Part shown: in pieces, positions 46,396-56,691 of the stretch
Layout: each line of letters begins with the position of its first letter
Numbering within the stretch: position 1 is the stretch's first letter
Source: a virus
Direction: 5' to 3' (one strand)
IMG/VR virus record: IMGVR_UViG_3300020416_000001
Coordinates: 107,757-171,756 of that record
DNA length: 64,000 bases
Program-made: the position numbers and the translations under genes
Notes under the pieces: model-generated
Told to the model about the DNA's origin: nothing
The model's input: only the letters and a program-made list of their open reading frames with translations
The model's database searches: none

Positions 46396-46635
46396 ATGCC
46401 AAAAAAACTATGGGATGTCTGGAAGTATTCACTAGGAAGTTTTTCTGATGACAAGACAGAGAAATATGATAACTACGTGGTTGTGGTACGGACTATTCTA
46501 TTTCTCAGTTACCTTGTCACTAATTGTTTTATTGTTAGCGGAGTGATTCGACATTGGAACCCTCCCGAAGAGTCTACTAAATATATTGACGAGACTATAC
46601 TATTAGATGGCAGTAGGAAACAATCATTGGTTTGA
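46396..46635 (+). CDS. Small membrane protein
   Basis: WKYSLGSFSDDKT..RTILFLSYLVTNCFIVSGVIRHW. Confidence 0.7.
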   Translation: MPKKLWDVWKYSLGSFSDDKTEKYDNYVVVVRTILFLSYLVTNCFIVSGVIRHWNPPEESTKYIDETILLDGSRKQSLV

Positions 46636-49600
46636 ACGAAACTGTGACCCGTCAGATGTAGAGCAACAGGAAGAAGTTGTTCAGTCTGGTGGTGGAAATA
46701 CAGGTTCTCCCAGTGGTGGTTCAGCACCTAATACTCTTGCTGCTGCAGTAGAGACACTACTTGGTCAGTGTTATGGAGACCAAGGAACATTAACTAAGGA
46801 TAACTTTCCTGATCTGGAGGTGGAACCTCTACCCCCACCACAGTATATTAATTGGGGACCTATCCTTGACACTATTCTAGGTACTGGATCTGATGTACCT
46901 GACACTAGAGATATACAAGTAGATTTTGATATTGGACGAGACGAAGACGGTGGTGATGTATGTTTCTCACCTGACGGTACGACCAATGAATCTAGGGAGA
47001 CTGTAGATTGTGATAAAGGAACTCAACCTGAGATAGAAAAGTGTATCCAGAATCATTTGGACTGTTTCTTCAGACCTTATGTTGGTGGTGCTTGGAAACC
47101 TCCTCAGGCAGACTGTGAATCATTTGTGCCTGCAGCAATGTATGGTACAACAAATAAGATATGTGTCAGAAACTGTGTGACAAAGAGAGACCCCATCTAT
47201 CTGATGAAGAAGGGAATGTCTGGAACTGGTTCTGCTATATTCAATGGTCCTAATACACTGACTGTAACTGGTAACGTATCACAAACTATCAGTTTAGAAT
47301 TCCAATGGGATGATAATCCTAGGACAGCAGGTACTGCAGTAGATCAGATTACTGTAGGTGGTACTACATTTACTAGGAGTGGAGAGAAAGGAAAACAAAC
47401 AGAGGTACTTACACTTGGTGCAGGAGATTACTCTATACAGTATCAAGGTCTGTCAGGTTCTGGATACCAGATTGATAACAATGCAGGGTATGGTACAAAC
47501 AAATCCATTATGTACAAAGACAATGATGGTAACGATGCCAACGCTAGATTCTCTATCCTAGGTAACAATAATCTAGGTAGAGATCATCGCTATGGAACAA
47601 GTGATATACCTGATGCAGGATACCAACTGGCAGGTGCTGCTTGGTTTGCAAACCTCCTACCCTCTGAGACATCGCGCAGTGTGCCTGTGTACAGGACGTT
47701 CTCTGCTTCAGCACAAGACACTATGCTGACGTCAAACATCACTGGAGAGGCAGGTGACCTTGACGCAGGCGGTTACCAACCACGTGATGAGGTCTTGTTC
47801 TATGGGTATAGAGAGGCAGAAGATATGACATCCGAACTGATGGAGGGTGAGGAACCTGCACCACTCTATCGTTACTATAGTTTTGCAGGACAAGATCATA
47901 AGTATTCTATTGAACCACTTGGTAATGTAGCGAACGCACCAAATCTTCAGAACAATATCTTTAGGTTTGAAACCCAGGCAGAAAGTGCACTTAAGATTCA
48001 ACTTACTTGCCGACGTGGTAGTGCAGCATATGATAATGCTTTTGGATGGTATGTTACAGATGAAAACAATGTGCCTATTGCAGGTAGAGTTCTGTTAGCA
48101 AATGTGACTGACGCATCTGGAACATTCCATAGGAAGATTGATAAGGATCTAATCAATTCTTATATGCCTTGCAACCTTGGGTTCTTTATGATTCCTGATG
48201 GTGGTTCTAATGGTGCATCTGATAATCAAGACGTCACATTCTCAGCACACAACAATCAGTTTGGTGATGGGTACACAAACAATCAGGGCATCGGTACACA
48301 CTCTAGTCAGAAAAATTATGTGTACTTCTCAGACAGAAGATTAAACCCTCAAAAGAAGGATATGACTAAGTGGCCAGATAATATTTGGCAATATTGGGAG
48401 GACTTATTTGCAGGTGATGATGACTATAACGATGTTCGTATATCATATCGTGTAGGTTATGGTGATAGTGAATATTACTATGAAGGTATCGAGTGTTATG
48501 TGTTCTCTCGACCTGCACAACCTGTGTTCGCAAACATCGAGGTGAATGATGACTGTGAAAAGAAAGCATTCCGTAAAGGATCATTTGTTGATGCAACTCT
48601 TACACGTACAGAGTGTGGTTCATATCACGAACATCCTAAGACAGGTGCTGACACGTGGGACTGTGGTAAATGTACTGGACATTATGCGAACAGTAAGAAC
48701 AGAGTACAGAAAGTAAAGATCGCACGTGATGCAACGTTTACTATCAGATCGCACGGTGGAATGACTGCAGGGTATGGTGACTGTACTAAGTTCACTTGGA
48801 AACTCAAGGTAAATGGCAACACAATCTACACAGAGCAGTCATTGGTATCTGAATGGAGACAGATTGGTTCAGTGTTGCATACCTTTAATGTAGAGAAGGG
48901 TGACAACTTGGTGTTCAAGATCGAGAGCATCGATGCAGGACATTACAACGGTAAAGTTTCACCTGCATTTGCTATTAGAGATGAAGGCACTGGTGATTAC
49001 ATAAACACGTGGACAGTCAATCTACTCACACAATCTCACAACTATCAGACTGAGAGCAGAGATCAGGCAGAGGGTCAACCACAATCAGGTCCTGAGATTA
49101 CTGAACCTTGTGGTTTGCCTATCAGTGGTGACTTGTGGTGTTGGGAGAAATCTCCAGACGATGATGACTTCCCAGTCAAAACAGACTACACAACTGTCAT
49201 CACTAACAGAGTTGTGAATCAGTCAGCAGTCCTTCCTTTAGATGCTTACGACAAAGCAGCAGCAAGGATCAGGGTTATTAATGGTAAAGATGTATATTCT
49301 ATGTCAGATAATGACACAGGGTTCGTTGATGTCGTTGCGAAGAATGGATTCTCACTTAGACTCAAGTACACAGTGATCGAGGCAGAGAATGCTTACGTTG
49401 ACTGGTCTGTTGATAGTGTTGAAGACTGGGGTAGTGGTGGTTTTAGATTGAATGAAGAGATTGATTTGATCTTTGACGATCAAGATGAATTTTTTGACGA
49501 GCAAGATGAAGACTGGAGTGGTCCTACTCATTCCAAGTTAGGATTCAGAGTGACTGCAATCAACGAGGACCAGTGTCAAGCAGTGACTGAAACACAGGGT

Positions 49601-50257
49601 ATGGTTCAAGACCTTGCTCTTGGTAGTTACTCTGACATCACAGTCCCTAGACAACCTGAGCAACTGGTGGTTAACAACCGTAGTGTCACTGGTGCAGAGT
49701 ACATAGTTAATATGAATGAGATCTTCCAGAGTTTCTTCCTGTATGACAACGGTAATGCCACATCATTCCACCAGTATTGGTTAGAACAACAAACTCTAGG
49801 GAACGATGTTGTGTTTAATACCGACTACTATGACGACACTGACAAAGGATTGTTCTTCAGATTGAAGATCAGAGTTACACGTCAGGGTCAACATAACTCT
49901 GGAGACACATATAAGTTTGACAGATATGGATGGTTCGGTAACGTAAGCATATCAAATGTGTATAGTTACGGTAAGAGATACGAGAAGGAAGATGTTATGA
50001 ATATTCAATGGCCACCAAGGGAGTTACAATTCTCCACTGGTGATAGACCATCATCACCATACTTCCCCAGTCAAAAGAACCTACCAAAGAAAGTTCTTGT
50101 GAAGGATGCAACGACCGCTAGATATAAACGTAACGCTAGGATGGCACTGTTCCAACAAATGCACGACAAAACAAGCAACCTGTGGTATAGTAATAGGACG
50201 CTTTATCAACCCACACAGATAAGGCAATTTAACATTATAATAAAGGATACTGACTGA
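46607..50257 (+). CDS. Large virion structural protein (1216 aa)
   Basis: Late promoter CTAAATA 46577; beta-rich; WEDL..DDDYNDV (DUF4114-like) and PVYR/PLYRYY repeats. Confidence 0.8.
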   Translation: MAVGNNHWFERNCDPSDVEQQEEVVQSGGGNTGSPSGGSAPNTLAAAVETLLGQCYGDQGTLTKDNFPDLEVEPLPPPQYINWGPILDTILGTGSDVPDTRDIQVDFDIGRDEDGGDVCFSPDGTTNESRETVDCDKGTQPEIEKCIQNHLDCFFRPYVGGAWKPPQADCESFVPAAMYGTTNKICVRNCVTKRDPIYLMKKGMSGTGSAIFNGPNTLTVTGNVSQTISLEFQWDDNPRTAGTAVDQITVGGTTFTRSGEKGKQTEVLTLGAGDYSIQYQGLSGSGYQIDNNAGYGTNKSIMYKDNDGNDANARFSILGNNNLGRDHRYGTSDIPDAGYQLAGAAWFANLLPSETSRSVPVYRTFSASAQDTMLTSNITGEAGDLDAGGYQPRDEVLFYGYREAEDMTSELMEGEEPAPLYRYYSFAGQDHKYSIEPLGNVANAPNLQNNIFRFETQAESALKIQLTCRRGSAAYDNAFGWYVTDENNVPIAGRVLLANVTDASGTFHRKIDKDLINSYMPCNLGFFMIPDGGSNGASDNQDVTFSAHNNQFGDGYTNNQGIGTHSSQKNYVYFSDRRLNPQKKDMTKWPDNIWQYWEDLFAGDDDYNDVRISYRVGYGDSEYYYEGIECYVFSRPAQPVFANIEVNDDCEKKAFRKGSFVDATLTRTECGSYHEHPKTGADTWDCGKCTGHYANSKNRVQKVKIARDATFTIRSHGGMTAGYGDCTKFTWKLKVNGNTIYTEQSLVSEWRQIGSVLHTFNVEKGDNLVFKIESIDAGHYNGKVSPAFAIRDEGTGDYINTWTVNLLTQSHNYQTESRDQAEGQPQSGPEITEPCGLPISGDLWCWEKSPDDDDFPVKTDYTTVITNRVVNQSAVLPLDAYDKAAARIRVINGKDVYSMSDNDTGFVDVVAKNGFSLRLKYTVIEAENAYVDWSVDSVEDWGSGGFRLNEEIDLIFDDQDEFFDEQDEDWSGPTHSKLGFRVTAINEDQCQAVTETQGMVQDLALGSYSDITVPRQPEQLVVNNRSVTGAEYIVNMNEIFQSFFLYDNGNATSFHQYWLEQQTLGNDVVFNTDYYDDTDKGLFFRLKIRVTRQGQHNSGDTYKFDRYGWFGNVSISNVYSYGKRYEKEDVMNIQWPPRELQFSTGDRPSSPYFPSQKNLPKKVLVKDATTARYKRNARMALFQQMHDKTSNLWYSNRTLYQPTQIRQFNIIIKDTD

Positions 50258-50520
50258 TGGACTATTGGGATCGCCGTTTTCTAAAATCTAGGATGGAACT
50301 GGATGCCATTAAAGGGGCACTCAAGTCTGGAGATGGACAGAAAGCAGCGAAGAAACTTAAAAAAATCCGAAAGTTCTTCAAGTCACCTCTCGGTGAAGTT
50401 GCCAGATTAGACAACTCACTATATAATGTTAAGGAATCAACACAGGAGACATTGGATGGCGACCAAGGATCAACAACTACGGGGGATGACTCTGCTACTG
50501 GAGAGTCTGCACAAACCTGA
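50257..50520 (+). CDS. Hypothetical protein
   Basis: 87 aa, TGATG-coupled. Confidence 0.6.
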   Translation: MDYWDRRFLKSRMELDAIKGALKSGDGQKAAKKLKKIRKFFKSPLGEVARLDNSLYNVKESTQETLDGDQGSTTTGDDSATGESAQT

Positions 50521-50638
50521 CACTGCATTAAGGAACTGTGCACACAATCAACAGTGCTTCAATGAACTTATGGGTTACCGTGACGAGTTGATCGAGTATT
50601 GTGCAAACAAATTGAGGGAGATCAATGATCAACCTTGA
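50456..50638 (+). CDS. Hypothetical protein
   Basis: SD AGGAG; TTGCCA-17-TATAAT promoter at 50399-50427. Confidence 0.65.
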   Translation: MATKDQQLRGMTLLLESLHKPDTALRNCAHNQQCFNELMGYRDELIEYCANKLREINDQP

Positions 50639-50837
50639 TGAATACTACCATTCCTACCTGACAGACAGGGCAAAGAAGTTCCGTATTGATGGTGTGGAGG
50701 AATCTATCGTGTCCTATGGGTATCACTGTGATGGTTCAGATATAACAGGACATTACGTGTTGACAGATAACTATCGTTTGGTGTATGATCGCTCTGGACA
50801 TTTCAAATACAAGGAGAAGTGGTCGAGTGATCGATGA
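50625..50837 (+). CDS. Hypothetical protein
   Basis: 70 aa, SD GGAG. Confidence 0.65.
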   Translation: MINLDEYYHSYLTDRAKKFRIDGVEESIVSYGYHCDGSDITGHYVLTDNYRLVYDRSGHFKYKEKWSSDR

Positions 50838-50956
50838 GAACATATGTTCTTTCCGTTACACAATGAAATAATTTGTGTATAAATAACCATTCGTGCTCGA
50901 AGCGTATCGTAAACACGAATTGTCCACACTATTAAATTAAGGAGATTTAACTCAAA

Positions 50957-51325
50957 ATGATTAAAACTGCATTCGCTGCTCTTGCTGCAGCATCCGCTAT
51001 TGCTGCCCCATCTGCTGTCCTTGCAGGTCCATATGTCAACGTAGAAACCAACGCAGGTTGGTCAGGATCCGATTACACTGGCGCTACGACAGATCTTCAC
51101 GTAGGGTACGAAGGTGTAACAGGTGCTGCATCATACTATGTGCAAGCAGGTCCTAGTCTGATCTCAACTGACGGTGCAGATGGTAAGACTGAATTCTCTG
51201 GTAAAGGAGGACTTGGTGTTGCTGTATCTGAAGCAGTTGGAGTCTACGGCGAAGTTTCATTCTTGACTGACGACGTTAAAGACACAGCATTCGGTGGAAA
51301 ATTGGGTGTAAAATACGCTTTCTAA
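50957..51325 (+). CDS. Small outer-membrane beta-barrel protein
   Basis: Signal peptide, alternating beta strands, C-terminal GVKYAF; late promoter TATAAATA 50878. Confidence 0.82.
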   Translation: MIKTAFAALAAASAIAAPSAVLAGPYVNVETNAGWSGSDYTGATTDLHVGYEGVTGAASYYVQAGPSLISTDGADGKTEFSGKGGLGVAVSEAVGVYGEVSFLTDDVKDTAFGGKLGVKYAF

Positions 51326-51347
51326 TTCTGTCTGCTATACTAGATAC

Positions 51348-51371
51348 TAGGGAGCACTCGCTCCCTTTTTT
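51348..51371 (+). terminator. Terminator
   Basis: AGGGAGC-ACTC-GCTCCCT plus T tract. Confidence 0.78.
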
Positions 51372-51384
51372 ATTCTCTAAAATT

Positions 51385-51627
51385 ATGCCAAGTAATACTA
51401 TCATCTACACTCGTGATGGATGTCCCTTTTGCACCAAGATTAAGAAACTATATGAGATGAAGGGGTGGAAGTTTCAAGAACAGAAACTTGATGTGAACTT
51501 TACTCGTCCACAATTCTGGGATGAGTTCGGTAGATCTGCTACATTTCCTCAGTTAATTGTTGATGGAAAGAAGACGGGCGGTTGTAACGAAACAATCGGG
51601 GAGTTTAGATCCCAAGGTCTTCTATAA
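51385..51627 (+). CDS. nrdC: Glutaredoxin
   Basis: CPFC, TFPQ, GG. Confidence 0.92.
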   Translation: MPSNTIIYTRDGCPFCTKIKKLYEMKGWKFQEQKLDVNFTRPQFWDEFGRSATFPQLIVDGKKTGGCNETIGEFRSQGLL

Positions 51628-51690
51628 ATACTTTTAGCGATATAGGAGGTCTCATTTTTATCCCTTTGTACACCTTACTTGGAGAGACCA

Positions 51691-51921
51691 ATGGTCACAG
51701 CATTATATGTCTTCGCAATCATCGGAGCGTTCCTCATCGGGGGACTTGTTATGTGGGTAGCGAAAGATTATGTTGATGCTTACATTGACAACGCTGCCTA
51801 TGCCAAGGCAATCATCCATCCAGAAATGCTAGACGAGGACGGCAATATAGATCATTCCGAACTGCTGTATTTGCGTTTCACTGATAATGATGATATACTA
51901 GATGCTGAAGATGACGACTAA
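51691..51921 (+). CDS. N-anchored membrane protein
   Basis: TM then HPEMLDEDG; late promoter TATAAATA 51623. Confidence 0.72.
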   Translation: MVTALYVFAIIGAFLIGGLVMWVAKDYVDAYIDNAAYAKAIIHPEMLDEDGNIDHSELLYLRFTDNDDILDAEDDD

Positions 51922-51924
51922 GTT

Positions 51925-52794
51925 ATGATCCTGGTCGATATGAATCAGGTAATGATCGCTAACCTTATGGTTAGTTTGACACAATCTGAAGAACTACAGG
52001 AAGGACTAGTCCGCCATATGATTCTGAACTCACTGCGAAATTATCGCCACGAGTTTCGGAAAGAGTACGGCGAACTAGTCCTTTGTTATGACAGCAAACA
52101 CTACTGGAGACGTGAATACTTTCCGTACTATAAAGGTACACGAAAGAAAGATAGAGAGAAGTCTAAACACAACTGGAACAACATCTTCGAACTACTAAAC
52201 AAACTTAAAGATGAGTTTAGAGAAGCACTTCCATACAAAGTGGTTGAGGTTGATGGTGCTGAGGCAGATGACATCATTGCAGTTATTGTTAAGGACCAAG
52301 GTCTGAAGAACATAAGACTGCAAAACAATATGCAACCTGCTCAGAAGGTCTTGATTCTCTCAGGAGATAAAGACTTCATTCAACTCCAACGTTTTAGATT
52401 TGTCACTCAGTACAATCCTTGTCTGAAGAAGTGGGTCAACGGTATAGACCCTCACATCTACCTCTCTGAGCACATCCTCAAAGGCGACAGGAGCGACGGA
52501 ATCCCCAACGTCCTGTCAGACGACACTTGCCTTACAGAAGGACGCAGACAGCGCCCCCTAGCACGCAAGAAGATTGATGTATGGGTTCAAAATCTTGACT
52601 ACATCCCTGAGGAAAGCAAAAAGAACTACGAAAGGAACAAAACTCTGGTAGACTTTTCTTGTATCCCAAAAGAGGTGGAAGAAAAGATTATAGATAACTA
52701 TGAGAGTTTTAATCCTCCCGCACGAAAATATGTGTGGAAGTACCTTGTAGAAAACGAACTAAATGATTTGCTCCAATCAATAGGAGACTTTTAA
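51925..52794 (+). CDS. rnh: RNase H / 5'-3' exonuclease
   Basis: MILVD, YWRR..YK, EADDII, SGDKDFIQL, GDRSDGIPN. Confidence 0.94.
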   Translation: MILVDMNQVMIANLMVSLTQSEELQEGLVRHMILNSLRNYRHEFRKEYGELVLCYDSKHYWRREYFPYYKGTRKKDREKSKHNWNNIFELLNKLKDEFREALPYKVVEVDGAEADDIIAVIVKDQGLKNIRLQNNMQPAQKVLILSGDKDFIQLQRFRFVTQYNPCLKKWVNGIDPHIYLSEHILKGDRSDGIPNVLSDDTCLTEGRRQRPLARKKIDVWVQNLDYIPEESKKNYERNKTLVDFSCIPKEVEEKIIDNYESFNPPARKYVWKYLVENELNDLLQSIGDF

Positions 52795-52796
52795 CT

Positions 52797-53261
52797 ATGG
52801 CATTCAAACTTATGATCTCTGAAATTCTGCAGAAAGCACACAACGCTAAGACAAAAGCAGAGAAGGTGAAAATCCTTCAACAAAATAACTCACAGGCACT
52901 CAGGTCATTGTTCATCTGGAACTTTGATGATAGTGTAGAGTCTATTGTACCCGCAGGTGATGTACCTTACACACCTAACGATGCACCCCAAGGCACAGAG
53001 CATACTCTTCTAGAGAAAGAGGGACGCAAGTTCTTCTACTTCATCAAGGGTGGTGCTGAGAATGTACCACGTATGCAACGTGAGAATATGTTCATTCAAA
53101 TGTGTGAAGGGTTGTACAAAGATGAGGCAGAGGTTCTTTGTCTTGTAAAGGACAAGAAACTGCACAAGAAATACCGTATCACAAAGAACGTGGTGTCGGA
53201 AGCATTCCCTAGTATCAACTGGGGCAACCGTGGTGCTAATGCAAACCCTGTACCTCAGTAA
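52797..53261 (+). CDS. Conserved T4-like hypothetical protein
   Basis: ISEIL..WNFD..RENMFIQMCEGL. Confidence 0.78.
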   Translation: MAFKLMISEILQKAHNAKTKAEKVKILQQNNSQALRSLFIWNFDDSVESIVPAGDVPYTPNDAPQGTEHTLLEKEGRKFFYFIKGGAENVPRMQRENMFIQMCEGLYKDEAEVLCLVKDKKLHKKYRITKNVVSEAFPSINWGNRGANANPVPQ

Positions 53262-53524
53262 TGAAATTCATCAAAGAAAACGCAAAACTTGAGGACGCAC
53301 AACAGCGCGACCTTCCAAACAATTCTTACATCGTCACGTATCTTGACGAGCAAGACAACCCAAAATATGATATAGTGATGGGAGGACAAGTCGAAACCTT
53401 TGACCATTACTACGACAAATACAAGAAGAAATTCAAAGGATTTGTACAAACACAAGGAAGAATTTCACCTAAACTATGGAATCCGAATCCAACCCCACCA
53501 AACCCACCTGGAAAGAAAAAATGA
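53261..53524 (+). CDS. Hypothetical protein
   Basis: 87 aa, TAATG-coupled. Confidence 0.7.
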   Translation: MKFIKENAKLEDAQQRDLPNNSYIVTYLDEQDNPKYDIVMGGQVETFDHYYDKYKKKFKGFVQTQGRISPKLWNPNPTPPNPPGKKK

Positions 53525-53751
53525 TCTATAAAATGGATCTCGATAAGAAGATTCATAAACCAGATCAACCAGAGTATGAGGTTACCCCCGAAGACGTAGG
53601 AAAATTCATTGGAGTTTTCCTGCTCGGACCATTACTTTTGATGGTATGTTGGAATGGTTTAATGCCTTACCTATTTGGTTTGAAATCATTGAACTATCTC
53701 CACGCATTTTGTATGATTGTTTTAACGAGGTTTATTACTAGTAGTGACTAA
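53521..53751 (+). CDS. Small membrane protein
   Basis: ATGA overlap; two hydrophobic segments. Confidence 0.62.
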   Translation: MIYKMDLDKKIHKPDQPEYEVTPEDVGKFIGVFLLGPLLLMVCWNGLMPYLFGLKSLNYLHAFCMIVLTRFITSSD

Positions 53752-54454
53752 AGATTTAACTAAAGTATGCCTAGTCTCTGTCACACCTGACGCTGAAAAG
53801 ACTATTGGATACATCGCTCGCGTGAGTAATCCTAAGAACCAAGAGAACCCTAACGTAGCAGGGTTACTTAGATACTGTATCAAGCACGGACACTGGTCTG
53901 TATTTGAGCAAGCAAGTATGACTCTTGAGATTACTACATCACGTGCCATCGCTGCTCAGATTCTGAGGCATCGTTCTTTTACATTCCAAGAGTTTTCGCA
54001 ACGCTACGCGGAGGTTCAGAATAATATTCCTTTGTTTGCACTACGCAGACAGGACACTAAGAACAGACAGAACAGCATCGATGATGTTGATGATTTCACT
54101 AAACAAAAGTATGAGATCTTAATCAACAAACATTTTGATGAAGCAATGAATCTCTACAAACAAATGGTAGATGATGGTATTGCTAAGGAGTGTGCACGGT
54201 TTGTATTGCCTTTGGCAACACCAACTAAACTGTATATGACAGGCAATCTAAGAAATTGGATTCATTATATTCAGTTGCGTGAAAAGAATGGTACTCAGTT
54301 AGAGCATAAGCAAATCGCTGATACTGTTAAGCAACACTTCATTTGTAACTTCCCAGTGATCTCTAGTGCACTTGAGTGGTGTCCCGAAGATGACTGTGGT
54401 TGCCCTGATGATTCTTATGCTGCCGACCTACAACCCTGCCTTAGGATAGACTAA
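53744..54454 (+). CDS. thyX: Flavin-dependent thymidylate synthase
   Basis: HWSVFE, RHRSFTFQEFSQRY, ECARFVLP, TQLEH. Confidence 0.95.
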   Translation: MTKDLTKVCLVSVTPDAEKTIGYIARVSNPKNQENPNVAGLLRYCIKHGHWSVFEQASMTLEITTSRAIAAQILRHRSFTFQEFSQRYAEVQNNIPLFALRRQDTKNRQNSIDDVDDFTKQKYEILINKHFDEAMNLYKQMVDDGIAKECARFVLPLATPTKLYMTGNLRNWIHYIQLREKNGTQLEHKQIADTVKQHFICNFPVISSALEWCPEDDCGCPDDSYAADLQPCLRID

Positions 54455-54684
54455 TGCCAACCTACGATTGGAGAAACAAAGAGACTGGAGAGATCATCAC
54501 TAACTCGATGAAGATCGCAGATCTCGATAAATATAAAGAAGAGCATCCCGAGTTAGAAAGATACTTCGGGGACCAAAACAACGGTACTGTCTATGGTAAA
54601 CCCAAACAGTCTCAAGGTTTCAAAGAAGTGATGTCTAAAATCCAAGCAGACCATCCTACAGCGAACCTCAGTAGATTCACCTAA
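54454..54684 (+). CDS. Small conserved protein (FmdB-like N-terminus)
   Basis: MPTYDWRNKETGE..GFKEVMSKI. Confidence 0.7.
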   Translation: MPTYDWRNKETGEIITNSMKIADLDKYKEEHPELERYFGDQNNGTVYGKPKQSQGFKEVMSKIQADHPTANLSRFT

Positions 54685-54687
54685 ATT

Positions 54688-55440
54688 ATGCCACAACGCA
54701 AGAGAAAGACCCCAGTACAATCCTTTTCACGCTCAGCGAAACAGATGAGAAGAAAGAAACCAATTAATCTGGAACATCTTAAGACCATTGAACCCATCAC
54801 TCCTAATCAGGAGAGGGTTTTTAAGTCTTATGGTGAGGGTAAGAACCTATGCTTACACGGTGCTGCAGGTACTGGTAAAACATTTATCAGTTTGTATATG
54901 GCACTGAAGGAGGTTCTAGAACCATCCAATAATTATGAGAAGGTTTATATGGTTAGATCTCTTGTGCCTACTAGGGAGATTGGATTCCTCCCAGGTGACC
55001 ACGAAGACAAGTCTAACCTGTACCAGATTCCTTATAAGAATATGGTAAAGTATATGTTCGAGATGCCAGATGATGCTGCATTCGAAATGCTTTACGATAA
55101 TCTTAGAGCACAGGAGACTGTATCATTCTGGTCAACATCATTCATCCGTGGTGTCACGATGGATAATTGTATTGTCATCGTTGATGAGTTCAGTAACTTG
55201 AACTTTCACGAATTAGATAGTATAATTACAAGGGTGGGAGAGAACTGTAAGATCATCTTCGCAGGTGACTACACACAGTCTGACCTCATCAAAACAAATG
55301 AGAAGAACGGTGTCCTAGATTTTATGAAGATCATTCAGACTATGAGTTCGTTTGATTGCGTAGAATTTGGTATCGAAGACATCGTACGATCAGGTTTGGT
55401 ACGCGAGTATCTAATCAGCAAAATCAATCTTGGTTTTTAA
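54688..55440 (+). CDS. phoH: PhoH-family protein
   Basis: GAAGTGKT, IGFLPG, FIRG, IVDE, GDYTQSD, DIVRSGLV. Confidence 0.95.
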   Translation: MPQRKRKTPVQSFSRSAKQMRRKKPINLEHLKTIEPITPNQERVFKSYGEGKNLCLHGAAGTGKTFISLYMALKEVLEPSNNYEKVYMVRSLVPTREIGFLPGDHEDKSNLYQIPYKNMVKYMFEMPDDAAFEMLYDNLRAQETVSFWSTSFIRGVTMDNCIVIVDEFSNLNFHELDSIITRVGENCKIIFAGDYTQSDLIKTNEKNGVLDFMKIIQTMSSFDCVEFGIEDIVRSGLVREYLISKINLGF

Positions 55441-55442
55441 TT

Positions 55443-56114
55443 ATGTTTAATCTAGTGGGACCTCCAGTTCCACTGACTGAAATGAATGCCGTTACTAAAA
55501 CCAACGGTCTTCGTCTTTATGAAGTTGGTGAAGGCAAATGGTATCCATCTGTCACTACAGTCACTAGTCATCGTACTAAGGACAAAATTATGAAGTGGCG
55601 GAAGCGTGTCGGAGAGGCAGAAGCGAATAAGATTTCTGGTCGTGCTTCATCACGTGGCAATAAGTTTCATAGTATGGTAGAATGTTACTTGAAGAATGAA
55701 ACTGTCAAGTTTGATGACAAGAATCCTCTTGCATCTTTTTTATTTAAGACCGCCAAGGATACACTCAAGAACATTAACAACATTCATCTTCTAGAGAGTC
55801 CTCTCTTTAGTGATCATCTATGTATTGCAGGTCGAGTAGACTGTGTTGCTGAGTACAACGGTGAACTAGCAATCATCGATTTCAAAACTTCTACTAAACC
55901 TAAAAAACTAAACTGGATTGAGAACTATTTTGTTCAAGAAACTGCATACGCTGTGATGTATTACGAGCGGTGTGGTGTCAAGGTTGATAAGATTGTAACC
56001 CTTATCGCCACTGAAGAAGGAGGTATGCAGGTCATTGAGAAATATGATCTGGACTATTACTATCAATTACTTCTCGAATACATCAACGATTTTATGCAGT
56101 CTAAACTACAATGA
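55443..56114 (+). CDS. PD-(D/E)xK exonuclease
   Basis: YPSVTTV, RGNKFH, AGRVDC, IIDFKTS, QETAY. Confidence 0.88.
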   Translation: MFNLVGPPVPLTEMNAVTKTNGLRLYEVGEGKWYPSVTTVTSHRTKDKIMKWRKRVGEAEANKISGRASSRGNKFHSMVECYLKNETVKFDDKNPLASFLFKTAKDTLKNINNIHLLESPLFSDHLCIAGRVDCVAEYNGELAIIDFKTSTKPKKLNWIENYFVQETAYAVMYYERCGVKVDKIVTLIATEEGGMQVIEKYDLDYYYQLLLEYINDFMQSKLQ

Positions 56115-56356
56115 AAGAATACAAAGACAAATTTATGACCCAAGCGAAATTCTCCGCTGCCGTGGAAGACGTTGTTAAGAACAGCAACGGACTTGTTAAC
56201 TATATCGATGCTGTCATTGTTGTCTGTGATGATCTTGACATTGAAGTTGACACTGTTAACAAACTCATCAGCAAACCGCTGAAGGATAAGATTAAGTTTA
56301 ATGCCCAAGAATTAAACTATGTTAAACGAACTAGCAGAGGAGTGTTACCCATATGA
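56111..56356 (+). CDS. gp33: Late transcription coactivator
   Basis: NYIDAVI..KLISKPLKDKIKFNAQELNY. Confidence 0.88.
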   Translation: MKEYKDKFMTQAKFSAAVEDVVKNSNGLVNYIDAVIVVCDDLDIEVDTVNKLISKPLKDKIKFNAQELNYVKRTSRGVLPI

Positions 56357-56691
56357 GTAACCCATTCTACGAATCAGAAGTAGTACGACAAGAAGTACAA
56401 GAGATGGAGCAACTCTATCTCGAACTCGCAAAACTATCAGTCAAGTTTGCTGAACTAGATGACGTCAGCAAACGAGAACATCTAGAGGGTACCCTAGAAC
56501 TGATCGCCAAACAAAAGGTATTCTATGCTAGACTTGCTCTGATGTCACACACAGATGAGGAGGCAGCACAAATCAAGTACAAGATCGACACCCTCTCCGA
56601 AATGTATTCGGGTGGGAAGCACATCAACGAGGTTCTTGATGATATGGAAACGAAACTCAGGGGAATGCGTAAGCACCTTGACAATGACTAA
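56353..56691 (+). CDS. DUF1825-like protein
   Basis: FYESEVV..KQKVFYARL. Confidence 0.72.
   Translation: MSNPFYESEVVRQEVQEMEQLYLELAKLSVKFAELDDVSKREHLEGTLELIAKQKVFYARLALMSHTDEEAAQIKYKIDTLSEMYSGGKHINEVLDDMETKLRGMRKHLDND

Noticed and set aside
50850-50875. HLR1-like half site (GTTACACA) upstream of the outer-membrane protein gene
   Set aside because: Second half-site matches poorly
18423-54454. Introns or inteins in gp43, gp41, nrdA, nrdB, psbA, thyX
   Set aside because: All are continuous and of normal length
54600-54700. Pho box upstream of phoH
   Set aside because: phoH is internal to an operon with a 3 nt gap and no convincing direct repeat
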